Source: a phage. Taken from it: DNA of 17,548 nucleotides. Shown in pieces: positions 1 through 7,962 of the stretch. Made by a program: the position numbers and the translations under genes. Each line of letters opens with the position of its first letter. Position 1 is the stretch's first letter. A model generated the notes under the pieces. The model was not told where the DNA came from. It searched no databases and saw nothing but the letters and a program-made list of their open reading frames with translations. The stretch lies in NCBI GenBank assembly GCA_025289735.1, contig GCA_025289735.1_4764.3; one strand, 5' to 3'.

Positions 1-36
1 ATACTCGGAACTATAACTAATTTTTGAGGTTACTTT

Positions 37-1527
37 ATGGCAGATTTGAAACATGGATCTACTGTAGGCGGATCTCCCATTTGGACGCAAGGAAACTTGA
101 CGATCCAGCCAGCGGGGGATCAGCTTTTCTACAAAGGTCATAAAATCTATACCGCTTTTGATAAACCTTCGGCTGCCGATTTTGATGCTGTTAGTGCATC
201 CGAAGGTGGCACATTTCAAAAGCAAGTTCATTTCGAGGAAGGTTTAAGCGTAGGTAGCGCATCGGCTGGAGAAACCAAAAAGAACGGGATCTTTAAAGGA
301 AATAGTGATGCGGCTAACTTTGATGGTGTAAGTTGGGGTTTCCATTCGTGGAAATCTATTGGTTTTGTTAATGCTCGTGATGATGTTATCATGGCTTATA
401 TTGACACTACCACAGGTGATTTTAAAACTAAAGGGACTATCGAAGGGACAACCATTAAAGACACAGGTCAACGCGTCTATAGCCCTGTTAATAAACCAAC
501 GAATAATGATTTAGATTTGGTGTCTCGTCGCGGTGATACCCTCACAGGAACATATAATTTAAACACTGTCACTGTTAAACTATCGGTTGATTCGAAATTA
601 ATTGCAAGGGAACGTGATTTAATTAATTTTGATGCGACTAAGATCTATTATGGTAACGTTCTTGATACGTTGGTCTTCCGAAGTAAAGATGAGCCTACCA
701 TTTTTGTTAATGGCAGAGAAGGTCGTTTTTATCACACCAACAATAAACCAACTAAAGCCGATGTTGGGCTAGGCAATGTCACCAATGATGCACAGGTTAA
801 ACGTGCTGGTGATATTATGGTAGGTAACTTGCAAGCGCCTAGAATGTTGGCGACAAACGATCCTGCTGGTCCTAATGAATTGGTTCGTTTGAGCTACTTT
901 GAGAGAAAATCAATGGTAGCAAATCCAACCATCATTGGAAACGTTGATTGGAACACTCTTATTAATCGCGGTATCTATCGTGTGGAAAATGCTGGGTCAG
1001 GTACTAATAAACCGTCTGATAGCTATTATAACGGCGTTTTGATGGTATATCGCCCAGAAGATGCGGTCGGTACTCGTCGAATTGTTCAGGTGTATTATCC
1101 TGAATCTATTGACCATCCGATGTGCTGGCGTTCGTGTTCTAATGAATCATGGACTGCATGGAACTATGTAGATCACCGTAAATTGGCTGATATTCGCTAT
1201 GTTAACGTCACTGGCGATACCATGACAGGACCGTTAACTGTTCCGGCTGCAAACGGTGTTAGAACGGCTAGAGGTGCATATAATGGTGATAACTACTATG
1301 CCGGGTTAAATAGTGCTGACGGCACGGCTATGATTCACCGTATCAGCGATATTAAAGCCACTGAAAAATTGGGTATTACACATGATTCGAAAGCTGTTTT
1401 CGTTAAATCGCGTGGAAATACTCAAGCCACAGACCGCTATGAACTTTACCACGAAGGGCATAAACCTACCCCTGCCGAAGTTGGTGCGGTTCCACTTAAT
1501 GCGGTGATTGATTTTGGTACTTTCTAA
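37..1527 (+). CDS. 36: Long tail fiber protein, gp36-like (496 aa)
   Basis: ATG at 37 with GAGGT 7 nt upstream. N-terminus MADLKHGSTVGGSPIWTQGN resembles my recollection of the T4 gp36/gp37 N-terminal family. Repeated fibre-type motifs (VYSPVNKPTNNDLDL, FYHTNNKPTKADVGLGNV, YHEGHKPTPAEVGA). Sits immediately upstream of the gp37-like gene. Much longer than T4 gp36 (about 220 aa). Confidence 0.75.
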   Translation: MADLKHGSTVGGSPIWTQGNLTIQPAGDQLFYKGHKIYTAFDKPSAADFDAVSASEGGTFQKQVHFEEGLSVGSASAGETKKNGIFKGNSDAANFDGVSWGFHSWKSIGFVNARDDVIMAYIDTTTGDFKTKGTIEGTTIKDTGQRVYSPVNKPTNNDLDLVSRRGDTLTGTYNLNTVTVKLSVDSKLIARERDLINFDATKIYYGNVLDTLVFRSKDEPTIFVNGREGRFYHTNNKPTKADVGLGNVTNDAQVKRAGDIMVGNLQAPRMLATNDPAGPNELVRLSYFERKSMVANPTIIGNVDWNTLINRGIYRVENAGSGTNKPSDSYYNGVLMVYRPEDAVGTRRIVQVYYPESIDHPMCWRSCSNESWTAWNYVDHRKLADIRYVNVTGDTMTGPLTVPAANGVRTARGAYNGDNYYAGLNSADGTAMIHRISDIKATEKLGITHDSKAVFVKSRGNTQATDRYELYHEGHKPTPAEVGAVPLNAVIDFGTF

Positions 1528-1531
1528 TTTT

Positions 1532-1558
1532 AGCGGGGATTATCTCCCCGCTTTTCTA
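1532..1558 (+). terminator. Rho-independent terminator or attenuator after the gp36-like gene
   Basis: Hairpin AGCGGGGA-ttatc-TCCCCGCT directly followed by TTTTCT, 5 nt after the stop codon at 1525..1527. Confidence 0.6.
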
Positions 1559-1597
1559 AATAATATTATTCTAATAACCGTTTAAGGATTTTATAAA

Positions 1598-4500
1598 ATG
1601 GCAGATTTAAGCAGAATCCAATTTAAACGCACTAGCACTAAAGGTCGTAAACCTGATGCTAGTACGATGAATCCGGGGGAATTGGCAATCAACCTTGCGG
1701 ATCAATATCTTCTTACTAAAAATGATTCCGGTGCTATTATCAATTTAAGTTGTCCTCCGGTGTATGACCGCGATGTTACAATGGCGGGTAAGGTTAAAGG
1801 AAATAATTATATTTTAAGCAAAACCGCCAACTATCTGGAAGATCAGACAGCGCGAGATCTTAACTACTTTGGTGCTTTCCGTACCAATGGTCTTGATGGT
1901 TTTCTCGAACTAACGCTAAACGTTCCTCATTCTTCCGGTATTCAACATGGTCGAGGATTTACTTTCCAGTATGGACACCTTGGATCGCGTGTAGAAACTT
2001 ATGGTTATAATAAAGAAGGACAAAAAGCATTTAGTTATAAAATGTATCATGAAGGGGATAAACCAACTCCAGGAGAATTGAACGTCTATAGCAAACAAGA
2101 AGTAGATCGGATGTTCCAAAAGACACTTGATTTTGGAATTGAGTCCGGTTGGTTTAAAATCGCTACAGTATATCTACCACAACAATATGGGCGTAGTGCT
2201 AAAATTAGATTGGTTGGTGGTAATGGTTATAATGTAGGACAGACCGGGCAAGCTAATATTATTGAATTGGTTCTGCGTAGCGGGAATGGAAATCCGGTTG
2301 GTGTTGTGTTTAACGCTTATATGACCATCTGGTATATAGACCAGAAGTTTTGTGCTATTCCTACTGGTGGTGACTCTTATGATATATACGGTAGCTATTC
2401 CGGTCATACTGGATTTGTGTTGGCTGAATACCAGACTAGCCCTGACGTTAACCTGACTTTATATGATAACCCACAATTTATAGGAAGTCAATTACCGGAA
2501 GCTGAAACAAAGTTCGATGCTTATACAATCACTTCATTTAGTACTTATCGCAACCACGGGACATTAAATTTTGGTGCTAATTCTCAAGGCCAATATGACA
2601 TTGAGCATTTGAACGAACAACCGACAAATGCTAAAAAGATGTTGCGTCGCTTCCGTAGTTGTGCTCCTGCCACTATCTGGCATGAGACAGTTGATGATAA
2701 CCAGTATCGTCTTGCTACTGGATACGAAGATACAAATCAGGAATTATTGCTGACAGCAACATCCGGGTTACATGTCAAGAAATTAACATTGGATGGCGGT
2801 GTCACTGGAAATTCTGGTATTGATATTCGTCGAGGACCAAACGAAGCAAGCCATTTTAATTTTATGGATTATCGCACTGGACAAGATGTTCGTAATGGCT
2901 GGTTTGGCTTCGGTGATGGTCAGACCAAAGATTTTATTTGGTGGAACGATAACGGTCAAAACTCATTAAATCTTTTAGAAAACGGTGAATTACAGATTTC
3001 TGGTGGTAAAGGCCAGAAAATTGTAATGAATAGCGAAGTTGCATTATCTGAAAATGCTCGTTTGGCTGTTAGAGGTGGTAATTATGGCGTGATATTCCGT
3101 AATGATGGAACGAACTTTCATCTGCTTACTACCGATTTAAAAGATTCTTTTGGAAATTGGAATAATCGTAGACCATTTAGTTATGACTTTGCCGAAGGTG
3201 GATTGGATCTAGGTGGCACAACGACCGCACGTTGTTTGCATCTGGGAATTGATGGTAGTACCCGTATCGAGGATAACTTAGTTTTCAGGGCGGGATCTCG
3301 TCAATCAATGGACTACTTAGAATTTGTTCATTGGGGGGCAAGTAATACCGGACGTAATAACGTTTTAAGTCTTCGTGACTCAAAAGGATTTTTAGCAGAA
3401 TTTGAACGTAAAGGTGATAACACCATTCAAAATACATTCTTCGGAAGATTTAAAGTCAATGGTGGTTCTAACGCTATTACCGTTAATGCTCCTACTGATT
3501 CCGAGTCTGTTTATGTGAAAGGTACTTGTAACGATGTAGATAACTGGTATATAGGTAAAGGTGGTGCTGATAATGCATTAGCCTTTTATAGCTATAAGTC
3601 TAATGCGGCTATTTATCTCACAAATAATGGTGAGGTTTTATTAGCCCCACAAAACACCGCAATTGTTAACGTCAATCGCGACCGTATACACATCAACGGT
3701 ACACAGTGGGTGGCAAATCAGCCACATGGCTGGGGTAATCAGTGGCTGTCCGAAGCGCCTATATTCGTTGATTTTGGTACTGGTATTCCAAATGATACCT
3801 ATATGCCAATCATTAAAGCCCGTAGCCAAATTACTGGCGGTTATGCAACTAAGGCCGATTTTGGTATATATCGTCATGGTACTGATACTTGGGGTGATGC
3901 TGTTATTCGTGTCGGTTCTGCCGAAAGTGGTGATAGTAATCATCCAAACGCAATTTATACTTTCCGGGCAAATGGCGATTTTAAAGCTCCGGCTGGCCTC
4001 CGTGCTGGTGTTAACTTGGGTGTTGGTACTGATCCTGTATTGGGTGGACATTCTATTGCTATCGGTGATAATGACACTGGCTTAGTGTGGGGTGGTGATG
4101 GTCGTATTAACATGTTTGCTAACGGACAGCATATTGCATCATGGGGTACGATGTATCAAGAACACTCAGGACTATGGGGAAGTCATGGTGGTTTGTGGAC
4201 AGAAGTCGATAAAGCGATTATTTCTCATGGTCATCTAGTCCAGGCGAATGACAACTATTCTACATATGTTCGTGACATTTATATCCGTTCGGATATTCGC
4301 GTGAAGAAAGACCTAGTTAAATTTGAAAATGCATCTAAGACACTTTCAAAAATTAACGGTTACAAATATCTTCAAAAGCGCGGGACCAATGAAGACGGTA
4401 GCGAACGTTGGGAAGAAAACGCTGGTTTGATTGCTCAGGAAGTTCAAGCTATTTTGCCGGAATTGGTTGAAGGCGATCCAGATAGCGAAAACCTTCTTCG

Positions 4501-4636
4501 TTTGAACTATAACGGTGTTATTGGTTTAAATACTGCGGCAATCAACGAACACACCGAAGAAATTGCACTTCTTAAAGAAGAAAATAAACTTCTTCGTGAT
4601 CGTCTTGCTGCAATTGAAGCAAAATTATTTGGTTAA
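1598..4636 (+). CDS. 37: Long tail fiber distal subunit, gp37-like (1012 aa), with C-terminal intramolecular chaperone domain
   Basis: ATG at 1598 with AAGGA upstream. N-terminus MADLSRIQFKRTSTKGRKPDASTMNPGELAINLADQYLLTKNDSGAIINL parallels recalled T4 gp37 (MATLKQIQFKR...GELAINL...TKDDSGNIIDL). Length matches T4 gp37 (about 1026 aa). Gly/Asn/Thr-rich fibre composition. C-terminal about 114 aa begin with the S-D-x-R-x-K motif. Confidence 0.9.
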   Translation: MADLSRIQFKRTSTKGRKPDASTMNPGELAINLADQYLLTKNDSGAIINLSCPPVYDRDVTMAGKVKGNNYILSKTANYLEDQTARDLNYFGAFRTNGLDGFLELTLNVPHSSGIQHGRGFTFQYGHLGSRVETYGYNKEGQKAFSYKMYHEGDKPTPGELNVYSKQEVDRMFQKTLDFGIESGWFKIATVYLPQQYGRSAKIRLVGGNGYNVGQTGQANIIELVLRSGNGNPVGVVFNAYMTIWYIDQKFCAIPTGGDSYDIYGSYSGHTGFVLAEYQTSPDVNLTLYDNPQFIGSQLPEAETKFDAYTITSFSTYRNHGTLNFGANSQGQYDIEHLNEQPTNAKKMLRRFRSCAPATIWHETVDDNQYRLATGYEDTNQELLLTATSGLHVKKLTLDGGVTGNSGIDIRRGPNEASHFNFMDYRTGQDVRNGWFGFGDGQTKDFIWWNDNGQNSLNLLENGELQISGGKGQKIVMNSEVALSENARLAVRGGNYGVIFRNDGTNFHLLTTDLKDSFGNWNNRRPFSYDFAEGGLDLGGTTTARCLHLGIDGSTRIEDNLVFRAGSRQSMDYLEFVHWGASNTGRNNVLSLRDSKGFLAEFERKGDNTIQNTFFGRFKVNGGSNAITVNAPTDSESVYVKGTCNDVDNWYIGKGGADNALAFYSYKSNAAIYLTNNGEVLLAPQNTAIVNVNRDRIHINGTQWVANQPHGWGNQWLSEAPIFVDFGTGIPNDTYMPIIKARSQITGGYATKADFGIYRHGTDTWGDAVIRVGSAESGDSNHPNAIYTFRANGDFKAPAGLRAGVNLGVGTDPVLGGHSIAIGDNDTGLVWGGDGRINMFANGQHIASWGTMYQEHSGLWGSHGGLWTEVDKAIISHGHLVQANDNYSTYVRDIYIRSDIRVKKDLVKFENASKTLSKINGYKYLQKRGTNEDGSERWEENAGLIAQEVQAILPELVEGDPDSENLLRLNYNGVIGLNTAAINEHTEEIALLKEENKLLRDRLAAIEAKLFG
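4292..4633 (+). other. Predicted C-terminal intramolecular chaperone domain of gp37 (peptidase S74-like), putative autocleavage after Ser898
   Basis: Sequence ...YIRS|DIRVKKDLVKFENASKTLSKINGYKYL...LLKEENKLLRDRLAAIEAKLFG. The S-D-x-R-x-K start and coiled-coil C-terminal tail match the pattern I recall for endosialidase / T5 pb1-type self-cleaving chaperone domains. Confidence 0.6.
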
Positions 4637-4644
4637 TTTAAATG

Positions 4645-4662
4645 GCGGGGAGAAATCCCCGC
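4645..4662 (+). other. Stable stem-loop (GCGGGGA-GAAA-TCCCCGC) between gp37 and the downstream gene, no U-tract
   Basis: 7-bp GC-rich stem with a GNRA-type GAAA tetraloop 9 nt after the gp37 stop. Followed by TAAGGATCTT (the RBS of the next gene) rather than a T-run, so more likely an RNA stability or processing element than a terminator. Confidence 0.5.
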
Positions 4663-4674
4663 TAAGGATCTTAA

Positions 4675-4971
4675 ATGGGCTATTGGGTAAGTAATGAACA
4701 AGACACTAAAATAGATGCTGTAAAATGGCATGTTTTTGATATTCCTAATGGATATGTTCCCGGTCGTGCTGGTGTTGCCGTTTTGCGGCATACCGCTCGT
4801 GATGGTTGGGGCGATATGCATATTTCCGTTGACGGTGTGGTCGCCGCGCGTCGTCGTGGTGGTGGGGATTGGGGATTTACGGTTAATGCGTTTGTTCCTG
4901 CTGGATGTACTGTCACCTTTGGTCATGGGGGTGTCGGTGGTATTGAATACTTTAAATTTATGGAGTTTTAA
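4675..4971 (+). CDS. Small Gly/Trp-rich protein, paralog A of a tandem triplet (98 aa)
   Basis: ATG with AAGGA 6 nt upstream. Shares MGYWV...FDIPNG...GGGD...G-T-T pattern with the two downstream ORFs. Confidence 0.65.
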   Translation: MGYWVSNEQDTKIDAVKWHVFDIPNGYVPGRAGVAVLRHTARDGWGDMHISVDGVVAARRRGGGDWGFTVNAFVPAGCTVTFGHGGVGGIEYFKFMEF

Positions 4972-4973
4972 TT

Positions 4974-5279
4974 ATGGCTGGTTGGGTTGCTGGAAGAATG
5001 GCTAATGCTATTAGCATTTATGCTAATGGCGGCTGGTTTGGTATCCCTAATGGTTGGGTTACTGATTCATGCGGTATTGTGTCTGTTCATGCCGAAGCCG
5101 TTGGCGGTGGAGGTGACTTGGACGCCGAATTATATGTAAACGGTACTCTAGAATCAGGTCATCACGCTGGTAATGCCGGAAGTTGGGGAGCTAGTTCTTT
5201 AGTTGGTGTTGGTGCTACTGTCAGTTTTAGCATTGGTAAAGGAAGTTTAAACCACTTCCAATTTAGGAGAATGCATTAA
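4974..5279 (+). CDS. Small Gly/Trp-rich protein, paralog B of a tandem triplet (101 aa)
   Basis: ATG 2 nt after the stop of paralog A, GGAG 8 nt upstream. Motifs GWFGIPNGW and GGGGD shared with paralogs A and C. Confidence 0.65.
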   Translation: MAGWVAGRMANAISIYANGGWFGIPNGWVTDSCGIVSVHAEAVGGGGDLDAELYVNGTLESGHHAGNAGSWGASSLVGVGATVSFSIGKGSLNHFQFRRMH

Positions 5280-5578
5280 TGGGATATTGGGTGTATGGCG
5301 TTTTAGACAATAAAGCCGGTAAAGCGAATCAGGGATGGTTTGATATTCCTAACGGTTGGACAGCCGACGCTTTCGGTACGGTTTCATTTGGTGCTCATTC
5401 TTCTGGTGGTGGTGGTGACTCAGAATTGCTTTTGCATGGCTTTTGTGTGTCTGGAAGTCATAAGGGTCATGATTGGGGACAGATCCATTCTTGTATTGTG
5501 CCGCAGGGAGTAACGATCACGGTAACTACAAACAGGGGCATTTCCCATCTTCGTTATAGACGCCAGAGCAACCGTTAA
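5279..5578 (+). CDS. Small Gly/Trp-rich protein, paralog C of a tandem triplet (99 aa)
   Basis: Start overlaps the stop of paralog B (TAATG). AGGAGA 8 nt upstream. Motifs MGYWV, GWFDIPNGW, GGGGD. Confidence 0.65.
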   Translation: MGYWVYGVLDNKAGKANQGWFDIPNGWTADAFGTVSFGAHSSGGGGDSELLLHGFCVSGSHKGHDWGQIHSCIVPQGVTITVTTNRGISHLRYRRQSNR

Positions 5579-5629
5579 AAAGAATTAAGGAAACCTCCCA
5601 CGGAAGGGAACTACTAAGGAGAAACGGCT

Positions 5630-5869
5630 ATGGTCTATAATATCGTCATTGGTGCTTTGTCTAATTTCGGAATGAAACTATTGTCAAAGTTAATTAGTGA
5701 AAAGATGCTCACTAAAATCTTCTTCTATTGCGCTCGTCGTCTTGCGGCTTATACCAATACGCCAATTGATGATCGTTTTGTGGAAGAACTTTATAAGGAG
5801 TTTAATAAAGATCAGTTAGAAGATAGCAACGAGCAAAATAAAAATAGTGATAGTCAAGTACCTAAATAA
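5630..5869 (+). CDS. Hypothetical protein (79 aa) between the fibre module and the holin
   Basis: ATG with AAGGAG 8 nt upstream. Hydrophobic/amphipathic N-terminus and acidic, low-complexity C-terminus. No family recognised. Confidence 0.5.
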   Translation: MVYNIVIGALSNFGMKLLSKLISEKMLTKIFFYCARRLAAYTNTPIDDRFVEELYKEFNKDQLEDSNEQNKNSDSQVPK

Positions 5870-5902
5870 GAGTACACTGTCATAGTTATCTTAGGGCATT
5901 AT

Positions 5903-6559
5903 ATGCAAGTTTCTGAAAAAGGGAAAGACTTTGCTATCTCAAATGTCCTGCGCGCTATTTTCACAACTAAAAGCACGGAGTTGCTCGTACTTCGTGTTTT
6001 TGCTGCCGTCGTGTTGTCCATATTAGCATTTGTCGTTTATAGTAAAAACGAGTTATTTGCCTTGTATAAAGAGACTCGTTATGAGACTTATGCTCACGTT
6101 CTCCAGGTAGAGAAAGACCGCAATTTTGATAATGCAGCACAGGAGCAGTTACAGATAGTTCATGTGTCGGCTGATGCCGATTTTTCTGCTGTTTTTAGTT
6201 TTCGTCCGAAAAACCTAAACTATTTTGTTGATTTGGTGGCATATGAAGGAAAGCTACCGCATACAATCGATGAAAAAAATTTAGGTGGATTCCCTATCAA
6301 TAAAACGAGTGAAGAATATCGTAGGCATCTTTTAGGTAAATCATATTTTACCGATAAAGATTTCCAGTATATTCCATCAAGAGAAAAGAAATTAGAGAGT
6401 ATCGATATAGGGTTTATGTATTCTTGCCCTATATTCAATCTCGATAATGTCTATTCTGGTAGTATCGCCATTGCGTGGAAGAATAAACCGGATATTGACA
6501 TTGAGAATTTAGATACTCTTTGCAATCAATCTGCCAGAATCCTCGGAAGGATTAGATAA
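5903..6559 (+). CDS. t: Holin, T4 t-type (218 aa)
   Basis: Same length as T4 holin T. Single TMD (LVLRVFAAVVLSILAFVVY) after a short N-terminal region, then a large C-terminal domain. Several blocks match my recollection of T4 T: EQLQIVH, ADFSAVxSFRPKNLNYFVD, AYEGKLP, MYSCPxFNLDNxYxG, ARILGR. Confidence 0.9.
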   Translation: MQVSEKGKDFAISNVLRAIFTTKSTELLVLRVFAAVVLSILAFVVYSKNELFALYKETRYETYAHVLQVEKDRNFDNAAQEQLQIVHVSADADFSAVFSFRPKNLNYFVDLVAYEGKLPHTIDEKNLGGFPINKTSEEYRRHLLGKSYFTDKDFQYIPSREKKLESIDIGFMYSCPIFNLDNVYSGSIAIAWKNKPDIDIENLDTLCNQSARILGRIR

Positions 6560-6564
6560 CTTAA

Positions 6565-6597
6565 AGGGGAAGCCTTTCGGCCTCCCCTTCTTTTTAT
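6565..6597 (+). terminator. Rho-independent terminator after holin t
   Basis: 10-bp stem AGGGGAAGCC / GGCCTCCCCT (one mismatch), loop TTTC, followed by TCTTTTTA. Confidence 0.7.
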
Positions 6598-6842
6598 TGG
6601 AGCATAGAAGCCCCTGAATCACATTTTGACGCTGTATGATGAAAACAGGTAGCGTACCAGTCATCGGCTTGTTTGTCTTCGTCAGAAAACGCGTAATTGC
6701 GTTGTATGCCGTTTTCTACTTTGACCAGTGCAATAGCTGTTTCTGGAAGATCAATCAATCGGACAAAATCACCGTCTTCCCACTCCACACGGGCAATATC
6801 ATAGCCCATCTCAAAGTATACAATCGCTTGTTCTAATTTCAT
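6594..6842 (-). CDS. Hypothetical early protein (82 aa)
   Basis: ATG overlaps the upstream stop (ATGA). Last gene of the minus-strand array, ending at the t terminator. Confidence 0.5.
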   Translation of the reverse strand: MKLEQAIVYFEMGYDIARVEWEDGDFVRLIDLPETAIALVKVENGIQRNYAFSDEDKQADDWYATCFHHTASKCDSGASMLQ

Positions 6843-7162
6843 TCTGGAAACTTCCCGTAAACATTCTCTGCCAGCTTACGTGCATCTTTTACAATATCTT
6901 TCATGTAATGACTATAATTTTTAGCTAGATCAATGATGCAATCAACAAAGAAGTAATAGCGTCGCAGTGCTACCAGCTCAACATCTTCAAGATGACCATT
7001 TTCTCCAATCGCTGAAATATGTTTAAATTCCTTTCGGATCGCGTCCATCGCTACATTAACTTCTTTTATAATATCTTTCGTATTATATGCACCTCGACTA
7101 ATCAAAATTTTGGTTAGGTCTTCTGCTTTTTCGTGAAAGTTGTCAATTTCAAACTCGATCAT
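6839..7162 (-). CDS. Hypothetical early protein (107 aa), paralog of 7277..7609
   Basis: Track start at 7168 is a GTG lying inside the SD GAGGTGA. ATG at 7160..7162 with that SD 5 nt upstream is the likelier start. C-terminus ...ARKLAENVYGKFPE resembles the neighbour's ...ARIMTENIFGKF. Confidence 0.55.
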   Translation of the reverse strand: MIEFEIDNFHEKAEDLTKILISRGAYNTKDIIKEVNVAMDAIRKEFKHISAIGENGHLEDVELVALRRYYFFVDCIIDLAKNYSHYMKDIVKDARKLAENVYGKFPE

Positions 7163-7276
7163 AATCACCTCTCATGGTTTAACGCTGTTGTGTCAACATT
7201 TTTTCGTGGTTTGCTAATTCTATACATTGTAATAGCATAACCAGTGCAATTTTCAATGATTCATCATCTTTCATAA

Positions 7277-7609
7277 TCAAAATTTACCGAAAATATTCTC
7301 TGTCATAATTCTTGCTTCGTCGATTATTTTCGTCATGTTCATGGTGTAGTTATGATCATTTAGTGCCTTAATAACAACGAGCAAGGAATCTAAAAACACT
7401 CGATACCGTGTATATTCTACGCTATTTGTGAATACCGATGTTTTCTCGACTTTATCGATCAGATAGCCTAAAACCGATAGCGCCTCGTTTACTTCCCTTG
7501 TTACTTTATCGGCGCTAAAAAGCACCGGATAAAGGCGCGGTGTGATTAACCGCGCTGCCTCTTTCAATTCGGTCGCTTTCCATGATTCATATTTGTCATA
7601 GTTAAACAT
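7277..7609 (-). CDS. Hypothetical early protein (110 aa), paralog of 6839..7162
   Basis: ATG with AAGGAGA 8 nt upstream. Shared blocks EVN-A, RY--F-D, ARxxxENxxGKF with the downstream neighbour. Confidence 0.55.
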   Translation of the reverse strand: MFNYDKYESWKATELKEAARLITPRLYPVLFSADKVTREVNEALSVLGYLIDKVEKTSVFTNSVEYTRYRVFLDSLLVVIKALNDHNYTMNMTKIIDEARIMTENIFGKF

Positions 7610-7621
7610 TGTATAATCTCC

Positions 7622-7954
7622 TTACAGATGAAAACCTGTTACAATCACCGCATCGATCATACCGCTAGGAATAAACGGTTCACCCTCTTTTATTTCAACT
7701 TTGAATTGATGCCATTTCGCTAATACTTCTTCCGGTACACCCAGCGATTCGGCGTCTGCTTTAGTTTCATCCATAATCCAACTAGGCTGCATGAGAGCAT
7801 AGTTTACATAGTCCATTTCTGGGGTCATGTCATCAATGTTAATATATTTGCAGTTGACGCGTTTCAGAATTTCAAATTCTTTATTATCAACCTGTACCAT
7901 GTACAATTCGGTAGTTTCTGGAATCAGTTCCCATACAATCAGTACATTTTTCAT
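7622..7954 (-). CDS. Hypothetical early protein (110 aa)
   Basis: ATG with GAGGTGA upstream, overlapping the stop of the preceding gene. Tight operon packing. Confidence 0.55.
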   Translation of the reverse strand: MKNVLIVWELIPETTELYMVQVDNKEFEILKRVNCKYINIDDMTPEMDYVNYALMQPSWIMDETKADAESLGVPEEVLAKWHQFKVEIKEGEPFIPSGMIDAVIVTGFHL

Positions 7955-7962
7955 AGTTCACC

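Noticed and set aside
1551-1597. T4-type late promoter (TATAAATA) upstream of gp37, gp36 or t
   Set aside because: No exact TATAAATA was found in the intergenic regions of the plus-strand late genes; only near-matches (TAAATAAT, TATAAAAT abutting the ATG). Late transcription probably starts upstream of the window.
244-4085. Track ORFs overlapping the fibre genes in other frames or on the opposite strand (244..471 -, 1916..2119 -, 2174..2407 -, 3641..4051 -, 3663..4085 +)
   Set aside because: They lie entirely inside the long, well-supported gp36 and gp37 reading frames, have no RBS and have low-complexity translations typical of antisense or shifted frames.
4633-5005. Track ORFs 4633..4926 (-), 4680..4916 (-) and 4730..5005 (+) overlapping the paralog triplet
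   Set aside because: The Gly-rich, G/C-biased codons of the paralogs keep other frames open. Only the three plus-strand frames have SD sequences, stop/start coupling and mutual similarity.
7169-7276. A 32-aa minus-strand ORF (MKDDESLKIALVMLLQCIELANHEKMLTQQR) and a TTGACA-like motif in the 108-bp gap between the two paralogous genes
   Set aside because: No SD precedes the ATG, and the TTGACA lies only about 20 nt from the next start codon with no -10 at the right spacing. Probably a degenerate cassette remnant or plain intergenic DNA.
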